From the NCBI GenBank assembly GCA_043228905.1, contig JBHGNT010000007.1, positions 16,058,001 to 16,122,000 of the forward strand: DNA of 64,000 bases, written 5' to 3'. This document shows positions 38,758 through 51,393 of the stretch, one piece after another (the first letter of the stretch is position 1; each line of letters opens with the position of its first letter). The translations under genes and the position numbers were made by a program. The stretch is from Azolla caroliniana. Taxonomy: Eukaryota > Plantae > Polypodiophyta. The notes beneath the pieces are model-generated. The model worked only from the letters and a program-made list of their open reading frames with translations, was not told the DNA's origin and ran no database searches.

Positions 38758-40594
38758 GAGCAGTATATGTGCTACATGGATCAGGCCACATTTCACATAC
38801 ATATCAATCACGATATTGACAATACAATATCGCTTTCTAGTACACCTTTTTCTCAGATTATATAGAACTTCCTAATTTTCATTTCTCTAACAAACAAGCA
38901 ATCTACTAAGTAAATGCATACTGTTTTAGTCTCCAACCTTACAAAATGACCTTTCTAGAGACATTTACACATTGTCTTTATCATCTTATGAGACAGTTAC
39001 TCAGCATAAGCAAAAGCAACAACTCTTAATGATGTCAATGTTTCATGGATTGGACATTACTGGGCATTTAGATTAGTTGATCCAATATATACAAGCAAAT
39101 GATAACTAGCACTATAACGATAATATCATTCCATTTCCTTCCTCCACCGAGAGGGTACACAATGTGTCCTTCAAGCACAATAGCCTTGAGGATATAATAA
39201 CTTTAAGCGTACTCTTGAAACCTCCTTTTGTAGAGGACCATATTTGTTCAGTCCACAATTATACTTCAGAAACATGTCCTCAAGAAATTCAACAAGTAAC
39301 ATTCTGTAGAATGAATGAACTGGATGCTGATTTAAGCAAGATTTGTTAAATCACACCAAAAATTTTGAAGGTTGAACTCAAAACAATTTGTTTCTTGCAT
39401 GTTGATGGAACTATTTTACTTCTAAAATAAATTGGATTTAAAACAGAATGGTTAATGTGAACTTACTGGAATATTAATAGAGCTTATTAAATAAACACTA
39501 GAAAGTTTGCAACAAACTCAGAGACATGCAAAGCGCACATTACATAATGAAAAATCAAGTGTTTCCATAGTACACGCATATCTCTTACAAAACAACTTGC
39601 TATAATAATGAAACATGTTTCAAATCAAACCATTACACCTGAGGTTCAAATGATGTTTCAAACCAACAATAATTCATTAGCCTAGAGGCACAAATGATGG
39701 TGCAAGCACCAGATATGGAGAGTATCATCTCTCATAATCATGCATTCTCTTATAGACCATCTTGTTCTAATGAAGGTGCAAGCACCAAATTCACAGAACG
39801 ATGTATCCAACCATGATCTTGCCACGACTATTCATCAAAAAGCTCCTCAATCAAAGATCTGGAACAAAGTTTATGGCTGAGGTAAGCAGTTTTCTACAAT
39901 CAAAACAAACATATTCATTCAATGATTTTCCATCAAAAAGCTCCTGCATAAAAACGGAGAGGAACAAGTTATGGCTTAAGATGAGCAATTATCCATAAAC
40001 ATATCAAACTCATTTCAACTCAAAATCCAAGAAAACCAGACAAGTTATGGCTTAGGGTTAACGATGATGATGAAACTATCTCATCCACATTCATTTGAAA
40101 TGGTGAAATGAAGCTTTTGAGCTGCTCCTCTGACTGCACAATGATATTCTCTTGATCCCACATCCTTGTGTGTTTTAAGTTCTATAATCGCCTTATCCCA
40201 CATACCTCGAAGAGAAACACAACCCTTCTTAAGCAATGTTGTGAAAGAAATACAGCCACTTTTAAGTATTGAATCATCTTAAACATAGCATTCTCTAAGG
40301 GAGAAACAAAACCGACCTTTTCAAGCCATCGTTAGCCTAACAATTCTATGGAAGGAAGACAGTGCACGGATTGATGTTCGTGTAGAAGAAGAAGAAATGG
40401 AGATGAACCCAAGTCTGCTTTTGATTTATATGTGTTCGTCTTTTATTGCCTGTCATTTCCTCAAGATATGAAAGGGGGAATAATTCTCCGTTAACGTATC
40501 TAGGAGACATACTAAATAATTGAGAGATGAGCCATGATAGAGAGAGAGAGAGATCTGACGATGCATTTTTTAAAAACAAAATTAAGCTTCTTGA

Positions 40595-42663
40595 TACCAA
40601 TGGGTCCGGTTCGGTTCGGTTGCTTGGCCTTGAAACCAAACTAAACAAATCCAAACCATTTAATAGTCATAAAAACCGAACCAAATTGTTTAAAATTTAT
40701 GTAGCCATTTAAACTAAACCGTTTAAAGACGAACCGTTAAACCAAACTGTTTATGAAAAAATTTAAAACCAAACCAAACCGATTTATCATAAATCAAACC
40801 AAACCATTGTTTATTGATATTAATCATCATATTTATTATAAATTTGTGTGAAAAAATCATCATAAATTTATTCATCATACTTATTATAAAATTTTGTGAT
40901 CATACTTATCATACATTTTGTGATCATACTTATCATAAATTTAGGAATGGGCTATTTGCCCCCCCCCCCCCCCCCCCCAAAACAAAAAAAAAAGAAAACT
41001 TTTTGGCCCCCTAAAAAAGAGAAAAACTTTTTGGCCCCCCTATTTTGGCTAAACCCCAACCCCCCCCCCCCAGCGTAGTTACTCTTCATTCTTTCTTCTT
41101 CTTCTTCTTCTTCCTCAAGTTTCCAATCAATACTGTGGATTCCTTTCTTCTTCTTCTTCTTCTTCTTCCTCAAGTTTCCAATCAATATTGTGGATTCCTT
41201 TCTTCTTCTTCTTCTTCTTCCTCAAGTTTCCAATCAATACTGTGGATTCCTTTTTCTTTTACATGATGTCTTAGGCGATGGGGAGGGTCGGTGGTGGCTG
41301 CTGGGTGCTGCCACTGGAGGAGGAGGAGGTGTGGGTAGGGAAGCAGTGGCGGAGGCAACAACTGATGGCGAAGTGAAGAGCGAGGATAGTGAGGAGAAGA
41401 AAGAGGAGAGTTGTCGTGATGAAGATAACGTGGAGGTCAAGGCTACTTCAGGAAGGGGAGGAAGAGGAGGAGCGGGCCCCGCCCGGGCGCTGGAGCTCGG
41501 GGAAGGAAGGAATTCCTCATCGTGATTCTTATGATTATTGGTCTTATTGATCACTATATGGGTTTCTGCCATGGATCCACCAAAACTACAAGCAACAGAT
41601 GAGGGAAGAGGAAGAAGAAGAACACATCAAGATCAAAGGAGAGTCTTAGAGATGTCTTAGAGAAGATGATAGATAGATCTTAAACCAGTGGTTAAGTTTT
41701 GATGTGAAGCATGTTTTTAGAAATCAAGGAAAAGAGGGCCTCTCAGCCCCATAGAACCTCAATTGGTTACATGATGTTTTGATCGATCTTGAATATCTCA
41801 TTTTGTGGCCATCTTAAGGTCTCCATTGGTTAAATGAATTTCTAGGAATCTGTAATATCTCAAACATAATGGCTTGTGTTTCGCATGAATCTCTTATTGT
41901 AAACCATATTCTAATTTTCCCCTTACAATAATGTGATGTTAATAGTATGCCAATGCAAATTCATTGTCTTCTGTATCATTTGATAACATGTTCATCATTC
42001 ACCATCTTTTGTCACTTATATTTCAGTTTTGTTTAGCAATATTCATTGTGAGAAGAAAGAGGAGAGCTATCAGAGAGCTATCAAAATGTTTTTTTTTTGG
42101 TGAGGGAGAGAGAGCTATCAAAATGTTTTTTTTTTGGGTGAGGGAGGGGGAGGAGCCAAGCTATATCAGACTTATTATGAAATAGCCCATTCCTAAATTT
42201 ATTCATCATACTTATTATGAAATTTTGTGATCATACTTATCATACATTTTGTGATCATTCTTATCATAAATTTTGTCATCATACTAATCATAAATTTGAT
42301 CATCATACTTATCATATTTGATCATCATAAATAAAAAGGAGACTCTACATATAATGCATATAAAATTTAATAAGTTAAAACTAGAGTTTTAAATTAAAAG
42401 TTGAAAGTTAGAGCATATAAGGAAAATTTATAAGTATTTTTTAACCAATAAACCTATAAACCTTTAAACTGACCACATAAACAAAAACTGATAAGCTAAT
42501 AAACTGATAAACCGCTAAATTCAAAAACGAACCAAACTGAACCGAAACCGATTAGTAACATTTGAAACCAAACCAAACCGTTTATTTATCTTCGAACCTA
42601 TAAACCGTTAAGCCATGGTTTATCGGTTCAATTCGGTTTGAGCCAGAACCGGACCCATTGGTA
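40595..42663. mobile_element. Non-autonomous hAT element, perfect 8-bp TSD CTTCTTGA
   Basis: TIR TACCAATGGGTCCGGTTC / GAACCGGACCCATTGGTA; TSD at 40587-40594 and 42664-42671; AAACC(G) subterminal repeats. Confidence 0.95.
40944..42193. mobile_element. Nested TIR element carrying a GC-rich gene-like fragment
   Basis: TIR GGAATGGGCTATTT / AAATAGCCCATTCC flanked by TAAATTTA on both sides; internal ORF 41572..41234; ~54-bp triple repeat at 41090-41250. Confidence 0.8.
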
Positions 42664-43899
42664 CTTCTTGATGAGAATTTTGAGCAGCTTCATGTAGGAT
42701 ATGCCTTACTCTCTTTTATGCAAACAAAAACTAGCCTTTCTTATCATCATCTGTCACTCTAGCAAAGTATTTTTACAAAGTTGATTTCTATCTCACCATA
42801 CAATAGTTTCATTTGGTTCCTTCTATAACTCATAAATGGCATTGTTGTGATGACTCCGTTGTATTGATCCTTGTAGAAATATGCTCCAAATAGGATTCTA
42901 CAAGGATGGATACAACCTAAGCCATCATTCCAATGCCATTCAAGAACTAAGAAGTAACCATATGCGAATATTGTGTGATATGGTAGAAATAAACTTGGTA
43001 AAAACTTGATAAGAGTTAGAGAAGAGGATAAGAAACTCTAGTTTTGATTTGTAGAAAGAATTTGATGTGATAAACTTCTTGTCCCTCTTATTTCCACTCT
43101 TTATTTGGAGGTAGGTGATTGTCTTCGTTATTAAATTTCTATTCTTCTAACGTTTTTATTCTTCATGTTTTCTTTTGTCAATTACCGATTTTCTATATTC
43201 AAATTCAATTGAAAATCAAAGCTATCATCAAATCCCTATTCTTGGGTTTTGAATGCGATGCCGTTTTGCTACAATGTAATATGGACAAAGGTTCTTTTAT
43301 AGTTCTCATGAAACATTAGTGATGTTTTGATTGAAAATTCTTCCTTTCTTGGAGATGAACCCTTTCACTATTGTGAAAACAAGTGAGCAAACAATGTAAA
43401 TAATGTTACACGATCATTTTGAATTTTGCATTACTAAAACAAATGTGATTGCCATTTTTTTTTGTGAATGGGAAAGAACGATTGTCTTGAGCGATCTAAT
43501 GATGGTGTCACATCTAAGCTCAACATCATGGTGCAAAAGAGAGTTTAGGGCAGAGAGGAGTTAATCAGCCCGATCTTTTTCCACCATGATGCTAAGCTTT
43601 GATTTGAGCCCCAAACTTGGGAGCTTGGATGTGAGTTCATCATCAGACCCCTCATAACGATCATTTTTTTCCAAATTTACATGATACAAGAAATGGTCCA
43701 ACATTTGCTTTAATTATGCAATGTTCAAAACAATTACAACATTGTTTTGAGGGCCACAAACTATATACAACTATATATTATGGAATCACTACGTACCAGT
43801 GAGAAGTAATCCCAAGTCATGCTATTTTTGTTTTGTCAATGAAAGATTATGGGCACATCACCTACAATGGATGAGCAAAAAATAGATACATACAAAAGT

Positions 43900-44620
43900 T
43901 ATCAAATTTTAACACAAACTCAATACAATGTATCAAGTTCGTGTTGAAAACTCTATTTTTAAACACGAACTCGATATATTGTATCGAATTCATGTTTAAA
44001 TGTTTTAAATGCAAACTCGATACATTGTACCGAGTTGGTGTTGAAAAGTTGAGTTTTTCAACACAAATTCGATACAATGTAACGAGTTCATGTTGAAAAC
44101 TCTGTTTTTGAACATCAATTGGATACATTGTATCGACTTCGTGTTTAAAATCTGACTTTCCAACATGAACTTGATACAATCTATCGAGTTCATGTTTAAA
44201 GTTTTTTTTTTTTTTTTGATTTTTTTCTATTTATTTGGGGTCTTTTGTTTTTGTTTTAAAAAAAAATTGAAGTGATGAAAAATCAAGAGTTTTGATCACA
44301 AGTCGATACAATGTATCGAATTCATGTTTAAAGTTTTTTTTTCCAAAAAAAAATTTAAAAAATTTAAAAAATTACTTTAAACATGAACTTGATACATTGT
44401 ATTGAATTGTGGTGAAAATTTTGGTTTTTTCATCAACTCAATCTCAATTTCTTTATTTCTTTAAATCAAGGGAAAAATATTTTGAACATGAATTTGATAC
44501 ATTGTATGTAATTGTGATCAAAACTCTGTTTTTTTTACATCAACTCGATACAATGTATGGAGTTCATGTTTAGAAATATTCTTTTTTTTCAAATAAAAAA
44601 GGTTTACGGTTTACATGAAC
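43900..44620. repeat. Array of ~10 palindromic repeats (AACTCGATACAwTGTATCGAGTT), ~50-bp period
   Basis: Copies at about 43916, 43968, 44013, 44066, 44117, 44168, 44300, 44386, 44491 and 44542. Confidence 0.85.
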
Positions 44621-44929
44621 TTGAATGGTACTAAAATCTTTGTTTTTACAAGAGAAAAAGATGCATATCAATACTGCAAAGAAGTATGTTGCACAACAAA
44701 ACACCTTATGGTGAACATGTGCTTTATTGCTTAACAAAAAACCATTAATAATTGTGTTGATGGTAATTGAACCTTACAAATGCCATTTACATGTTCTATA
44801 AAATATTCTCGTGGTTCTTAATCACCACTTCAAGCACTTAATGTTGATCTTCATAGTTTGGTTCATTTACAATTGAGAAACATTTATGTGGAACTAAGAA
44901 TTACAACACGTGCATAACTCAGGTGACAA

Positions 44930-45335
44930 GGAAAGTTGCAAGAACTCAAGGTGGGGATATTAATAGCTACACATGTAGATGGCCATGACCTAGGGCACCA
45001 ATTCTGCATTGGTAAAGTTTTGGACGTTGTGATGCATTAAACTTTTGTATTACATCTATCATTGACATTAGTGAGGTGGATATCATTGTGTATGACTTTA
45101 CACTAACAACAGTTGGGTGTTTAAGGATGACAACGATAGACATAATAAAAGAGATATTACCAAGTCTAGAAGATATCTCAAATTGAAGGCGAACAAGAAT
45201 TAGTGCACACCATTTGATGAAGACAATGATTTGATTGGTACATTTGAAAATGAGGAGGAAGAGTCACACATGTATATTAGCTATAGTAGTGATTCTCATG
45301 AAAGGAATGATAATAGTGATGCAAATAACTCCTAA
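44930..45335 (+). pseudogene. Relic of the transposase C-terminus, homologous to 28490-29045
   Basis: LGHQFCIGKV vs LGHPFWIAKI; IIVYDFTLT..TIDIIKE vs ILMYDFSLT..TIRIIKE; DEDN plus acidic tail. Confidence 0.7.
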
Positions 45336-46416
45336 ATGTATTTTTTGTGCAATGATATGTAACAAATTTAGACAACATTTTATCGAATGAAATAAAAAAG
45401 TTGATTGTTTTGATATCTTTCGCTTATGATTTCGTTAGGATCTAAAATACTACTAGTTGTAATTTCTCCTTCAAAATACACAACGTTACTTTTCATATTT
45501 GGCCAAAATTTGACATTTTTCAATTTTACCAAATGGTGAAAATTTTAGCTTTTTCATCAAGTTTTCGAGAACATGTGATACTGGTATCATGGTGTTTTGT
45601 GAAATGGCTAAAAAAGCCCCAAAATCAAACGGAATATTCCTTATCCTTCCATTTGCGCGCTACGTTTCACTTGTGAATGCGAACGTGATAGAATAGGGAA
45701 AAGGGGCGAAAGAAGAAGCTTGCGAGAGGAAGGGATGCAGAGGTCGCTCATGAGGCTAGTGACCTGTTGAATAGAAGACAAAAAGCAAAGAAAAAGAAAA
45801 CTTGTTTATCCTAAACCCTTGCAAATAGAGGCCATGAGTTCGATTCCTCCCAAAACAACCTTTGCTTTTCATTAGCAAGTTTGTAATATAAAGATGAAGA
45901 ATGTTATAAAATCAATACCAAAAGAAAAGTGTTGAAGTGATTGATTTGATAAGCCTTACTCGTAAGGGAGGATAGGTCTTGCCAAGTAATCTTTTGCAAA
46001 TAAGTATTGTAAGTTGTGTTTTACAAATAAAATTATTTTCGTGCATCCATCTTGGCTTCTTGTCATCGCACCGTCTGCGATTACGCCCTGTCATCCCGAT
46101 CATCGCTGAGTCACAGAACCCTGGCGGTTGCGACACACAATCACAATCTTTACAACGTAGATGACAAAGCAAGGATATATTATTGGGAGACTCACGACGA
46201 TTGTTGGGATGTGTGCAAAGCTCAAAGAGTTTTGTACGAACCACATGATGGTACGAAAAGTTACATACATTAGGTGCATTATTCAATATGTGTTTGTTGT
46301 AGGAGGAGGAAAAGTTTCTACCTTCTTAACTACCTAGGAGGAAACCATGGATGATGGATGTTATTAGCGAAGACAACCTTATCCCAAAAGATATAAAGAT
46401 AGGCTTGATACTAGAC

Positions 46417-46599
46417 CAGTGTTGGGCAAAGTCCCAGGAACAGTGTTAGCGTTCCGGTTGGGTGAGGACTTTTGTCGGCCAAGGTGGGGAAGAGCCGGAA
46501 TTGATTCCGGCTAGAATTTCCCCAAAACCGGAATCTAGACGGTTCATATTGTATGAACCGGCTATTTATGCATTACAAAAAAAAGTAATAAAAAAGTAA

Positions 46600-46630
<31 letters not shown>

Positions 46631-46683
46631 ACACATACATAGTGTCTGTCACTCTCTCCCTCTCTCTCGTATAAAAAAAAAGT

Positions 46684-46742
<59 letters not shown>

Positions 46743-49196
46743 ACACACAGAGTGTCTGTCACTCTCTCCCTCTCTCTCATATACAAAAAAAGTAAAAAAA
46801 AAGTATCTCTCTCTCTCTCTACTACACACATACACAGTGTCTGTCACTCTCTCCCTCTCTCTCGTATTTTCCCCTCCCATTTTCTTTCTGTTTCCCCCAC
46901 ATTTTGTTTGTTTTCCCCTGTTTCCCTACACTATCCAATCCCTCTTGAGTCTTTCCCCCCCTCTTTTCCATGTTTACCCCCTGTTTCCAAACTCTCGAAT
47001 CCCTGTTTCCCCCTGTTTCCCCTCTCTTTTCCTATGTTTGTATTACCTCTTCGCGAATAGTGTGTTTTGTTTTCAAGGTTTATGCTTAAGTCGTTTGGTT
47101 GGGTTGTTTGTGCTTAAGTCGTTTATCATCAACTCTATTTATGCATTTTGATCTTTTGTGCAGTTAATATGGGGATTGATCTAATCTGTTGTCTCCGTGT
47201 CAATTGCATAACAATGATGCGGGACACAAGGTCATCTGTTTGTACTCATGTTGTGGAGATTATCAGATGTTTGATAGCCTTTCGATCCACGCAAATGCAG
47301 AAGGAACCCTCGACTCGTCAAACCATTAGATGTATGTTTTCGTGGTTGCCTTAATGGGGCTAATTCATTAGTGTATTAAACTCCAAGCAGTTTGCACATA
47401 CATCTCGATTCCCGACTATGGGCTGCATTGTTTCTTTAATTTCATGCACCTTTGTGGGCTAATAATAATGCAAGAAGAGATTGATGATGAGACAGATGAA
47501 TATGTGGATGTTCATAAAAGGTAATGCCTCGAAAGTGAAAGTTTAATTTTGCATGTTCAAAATCATCAATTAAAGAATATGCATTAATTTAAAAAACAAG
47601 TTCTTTTGGGGAAGATAAATTGAACTTAATGATTTTTTATCTATTGATTTGAACGAGAGCAGAATTAGAGTCGTCGTTTCTTTTGTATCATCAACGAGGT
47701 CTACATCAGCTACTTGGCTCTTGAGTTTGACTAGAGTGAGTATCATATCATTCCCCTATCTAGCTTTCTTTTGTTAGTTTCACTTGATATGGTGTATATG
47801 TAGAGATATTGGCTCTTAAGTTCAATTCATTCCATTTCATAAATCTCGCTAATCAATTCGTGGAGGGGATATTGCACACTTCAATGATGGGTCTATGTCA
47901 ATGTAATACAATTATATTTGTTTTATGAGAATCAAGCTGTAGTATAGACTAAATGAAGGTGATTTTTTAAAATACAGGACTATCTTGCCTGTGCATGTTG
48001 TTTGAAAATAGGGACTGATAGAATGTTTACTGTGTTCTGATTAATTATAATCTACCATGTTTGATCAAGGCTACCAAAGAAGAAAGATTGGGCAGGGAAT
48101 TTGAGGCGGAAGGTCGAATTATTCCTCCCAAGGAGAAGTCTGAAGCTTGTGATTCAAATGTAATCACACCAGGGACTCCTTTCATGGACAGTTTGGCAGT
48201 TACTCTTTGATACTATATACACCTTTGACTCAATCATGATCCTGGATGGCGTCAGATCAAAGTAGGAACCTAGGGTCTACTGGCTAAATAGCATGACCAT
48301 CACATGTTGTTCCCACCCTGTAGTATTTTTACATATTGTGTTATTTCGTTGATGGAAACTCCCTAGGTGAGGGGGAGCATAAAGTCATGTCATACATTTG
48401 CTTGGAGAGAAATCTTCGTGGCTTTGATTCCAATACTTTCCATTGTTTGTATGGACTTCTATGTATTTTCTACTGTACATGAAATAAAAATGGTTTTCAT
48501 TGTTATCAACTGTCTCTAGTATAGCATCTTTGACACTCTAGAAATTGAGCAGGATGCTGATCTTATAATGTTGGCTCTCGCAAACCATGAAATACACTTT
48601 TCCATGTTAAGAGAGGTAATACTCCTATCATTGCCAATCTGATATCACATACAAGACAACTGGTAGTTTATTTGCTGAAATTCAAGTTACATGACCCTTG
48701 TTTGTGGAGTTGTGATTGTAACATGCTAATATGGACATACGACTAAGTTTTGGATGCTTGGATTTGTATGTCATTACTCATATCTTAGAGATTATCCTTT
48801 TCACTTAAAGGTATACTCACCTGTATGGGTTTAGTGGTGCTGGCATTGTTTTTGATTGATGTAACAATGCTTCTATCATCAAAGGGGGAGGGTTTTGTCA
48901 ATTGAACTCAAATGATCTCATGTGGGGTGGATAGTTTGCTATATGTATATTTAGGACAACATAATGATTAGTGGACTCTCTATGTGCATATGTACATGGG
49001 GCATCTTAAAGCCCATATGGTTGTTGCATCATACATGTGCTAAAAAAATTTGGTATGTGGTAAAAAAATAATTTAACATGTTCCGGTTGACATTATCACT
49101 TGTAGGAAAGTGGCCGGTTAAAATTTTTAATTTCCGGTTAGAATCACAAGCAGCAGGAAAATTTCCGGTAGGGGTTAAAAACTTTGCCCAACACTG
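46417..49196. mobile_element. Pack-type hAT element with perfect 8-bp TSD TACTAGAC
   Basis: TIR CAGTGTTGGGCAAAGT / ACTTTGCCCAACACTG; TSD at 46409-46416 and 49197-49204; CCGG-rich subterminal regions; no transposase seen. Confidence 0.95.
47650..48615 (+). pseudogene. XRN: Captured XRN (XRN2/3/4-type 5'-3' exoribonuclease) exons with introns
   Basis: SRRF (~47670); [12 protein letters not shown]...[13 protein letters not shown]...YYIH..LNHDPGW (48070-48262); [11 protein letters not shown]...HCLYGL (48365-48458); DADLIMLALANHEIHFSMLRE then GT (48553-48615). Contains in-frame stops. Confidence 0.9.
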
Positions 49197-49626
49197 TACT
49201 AGACAAACTTCCTGAATTGTGGGGAACATTCACAACGATGAATAACAACATTAAATTTCAGAGTTTACTTACAAAAGATTCGTCATGACATAAATCAACT
49301 AGCAAATCGATGAATGACATAAATCTTGGAAAGGCAAAACACAACTTACAATATTTATTTGCGACATTGTTTTGCGCAATATTTATAACTTTTATTTTAT
49401 TTACAATATCTATGTGCGGAATAAATCTTGGAAAGACAAAAGTTATACACATGGGAGGGACTACACAAAGTGGAAGGCTTGAAGAGGACATGCATGGAAA
49501 ATGATTATCCAAACAACATAAGGATGTACTGTACACACCCTTATGTGCTGGAAAATCAATGAGGGCACAATGACAGATTGTTATTATGGTACACTGCAAA
49601 GAGAAGGATCATGAGAAAAACAGTGA

Positions 49627-51159
49627 TCAGAAGTTCCCGACGTGAGGAATGAGTAGGGAGTACCATTCGGCGCTGGGCTCGTTGAAGCAGAGATTCTTCC
49701 ATTCCTTGATCGTTCCGGCCGTGGCCAATGCCAAGGTGGCCAAGCTCAACCACGGGGAGAGGATCCACATGTTCCAAAATTGTAGATGTCGAAATGGCGG
49801 TACAAGGAGAATGACGGCAAAACACACAGCCGATGCGTAGCACACACGGGAATGATGAGCGGCTTTCTTGAAGTAGGAACCGTATCGGAATAGCATGGAG
49901 GATGGCAGCCAACTGGTGCAGATAATGGCGATGAGAAATCCGACAATGTAGAGGGCTCTGAGGGAAAGAGGCTCTTTTTCCTCTTTATGTTTCTCGGCTT
50001 CTTCGATGTGCTTGACTTGCTGCTGGAAGGATGAGAACTCGGCCGGGGTGAGGGTAATGAGGACTGGGCGTTGGGTGCTAATGCTGCCAAACATTTGGAA
50101 CAAGACCTGGAGTAGCGACACGCATGAGAAGAACATCGCTACTACCTCGATCGGTGACATGATTCGGTCCTCGAAGATGCGGATCATGCCGCTCACAATG
50201 TAGCCCAGGGATTGCAATCCCAGGAGCATCATCCCCCACGAAGTGTTCGTGCGCAGATAGCTCAGCTCCTCGTAATCGGGAACGAACCCTAGGTGCAACA
50301 AGGCCTGTTTCTGTGCACGTTCACGCAAAAACATTACTCTGTCGAGAACTGGCGGCGGTTCAGTCGAATCGTCGTTGTTGTTCGTGCTGCATTCGGGCAT
50401 GGGGACTATATGCTCTTCCTGCTCATTCACACTACCGGTGCCCCCTGGCGCATGTGAGGTACCCCCATCTTTCATGGATAATGGACTGTGCTTATAGCAC
50501 AGCATTTCCTTCCCTTGTATCTGCAGCGGATGAGTGGCTTCCAGATCTTGCAATCTCTTTGTTTTTGATGGCGTGGTTGCTGTTGGTGGCGATGGAGGGG
50601 GATCAATGACCTTGTTAATGTCGAATTTGCCAGTTTTGAGAATGATCTTTAATTCAGATAAATGCGGCCGAATCCGGTTCCTTATGAATTCGAATACGAT
50701 ACTCATCACTTCCATTAGGATACAGCATGACTCAACTGACTCGGCATTTCCAAAGATCCAGTCTTCTTCTCCTGAGTATCCGATCCATATGTCTGCCACC
50801 ATAAGGACTTTAAGTGATCGAGGATCCCAATACAATTCCTTGTCACTACTCCCCTTCCTGGATTTCAATAGCTCACCTTGCCAGAATTTCTTCCTTTTTA
50901 ATCTCCACGATGTCTTCCAGGTATTAACGTTGCTGGAGAATGCTGCCATAACTCCAAGTCCTGGCACCATAATAGCCGTGAGAATCTTCACGAAGTAGCT
51001 GATGCGTATACCCAGTACTTGTGCCAGGAGCGACCCATTCATTAGGTCTGCAGCCTGAGCCAGGTAGATCATGAAGATTGCCACCACACCAGAGAGAGTG
51101 GCAAACAGGGATCGCTCATCCCCAGAAAATGGTGTACAGCTGCCTACAGCTTCTGCCAT
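49627..51159 (-). CDS. Intronless uncharacterised multi-pass membrane protein, 510 aa
   Basis: Long ATG-initiated ORF with about 2 N-terminal and about 5 C-terminal hydrophobic segments around a soluble, partly low-complexity middle. Conserved blocks shared with the paralogues at 6700 and 58161. Confidence 0.85.
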   Translation of the reverse strand: MAEAVGSCTPFSGDERSLFATLSGVVAIFMIYLAQAADLMNGSLLAQVLGIRISYFVKILTAIMVPGLGVMAAFSSNVNTWKTSWRLKRKKFWQGELLKSRKGSSDKELYWDPRSLKVLMVADIWIGYSGEEDWIFGNAESVESCCILMEVMSIVFEFIRNRIRPHLSELKIILKTGKFDINKVIDPPPSPPTATTPSKTKRLQDLEATHPLQIQGKEMLCYKHSPLSMKDGGTSHAPGGTGSVNEQEEHIVPMPECSTNNNDDSTEPPPVLDRVMFLRERAQKQALLHLGFVPDYEELSYLRTNTSWGMMLLGLQSLGYIVSGMIRIFEDRIMSPIEVVAMFFSCVSLLQVLFQMFGSISTQRPVLITLTPAEFSSFQQQVKHIEEAEKHKEEKEPLSLRALYIVGFLIAIICTSWLPSSMLFRYGSYFKKAAHHSRVCYASAVCFAVILLVPPFRHLQFWNMWILSPWLSLATLALATAGTIKEWKNLCFNEPSAEWYSLLIPHVGNF

Positions 51160-51254
51160 AGTAATTAAACTGAAATTAAGTGCGAGTTTAAGCAGGGTTA
51201 GGCTTCTGATTAAGAGTTCGGCGCATCAAATGATTCACCGTAATTAGTGAGTCA

Positions 51255-51393
51255 GTCCTGATGCCAGAGCAAACTACTTCATAAAGCAACTTTGCCCCTC
51301 ATTGACTTTGTCCTGATGCCAGAGCAAACTACTTAATAAAGCAACTTTGCCCCTCATTGACTTTGGAAACCAACTTTTGCCTCTCATTGACTG
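51255..51393 (-). promoter_or_regulatory. Tandem ~55-bp promoter duplication with W-box (TTGACT) cluster upstream of the membrane-protein gene
   Basis: gtcctgatgccagagcaaactactt.ataaagcaactttgcccctcattgacttt occurs twice plus a partial copy. TTGACT at ~51302, 51357 and 51387; further TTGACY at ~51507 (reverse), 51570 and 51659. Confidence 0.5.

Noticed and set aside
38900-40300. Possible decayed gene or transposase exons
   Set aside because: No recognisable motif or consistent reading frame could be established by eye.
43900-44620. CRISPR-like array of palindromic repeats
   Set aside because: The context is eukaryotic, there are no cas genes, the repeats are degenerate and the spacers resemble each other. 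TE subterminal repeats explain it better.
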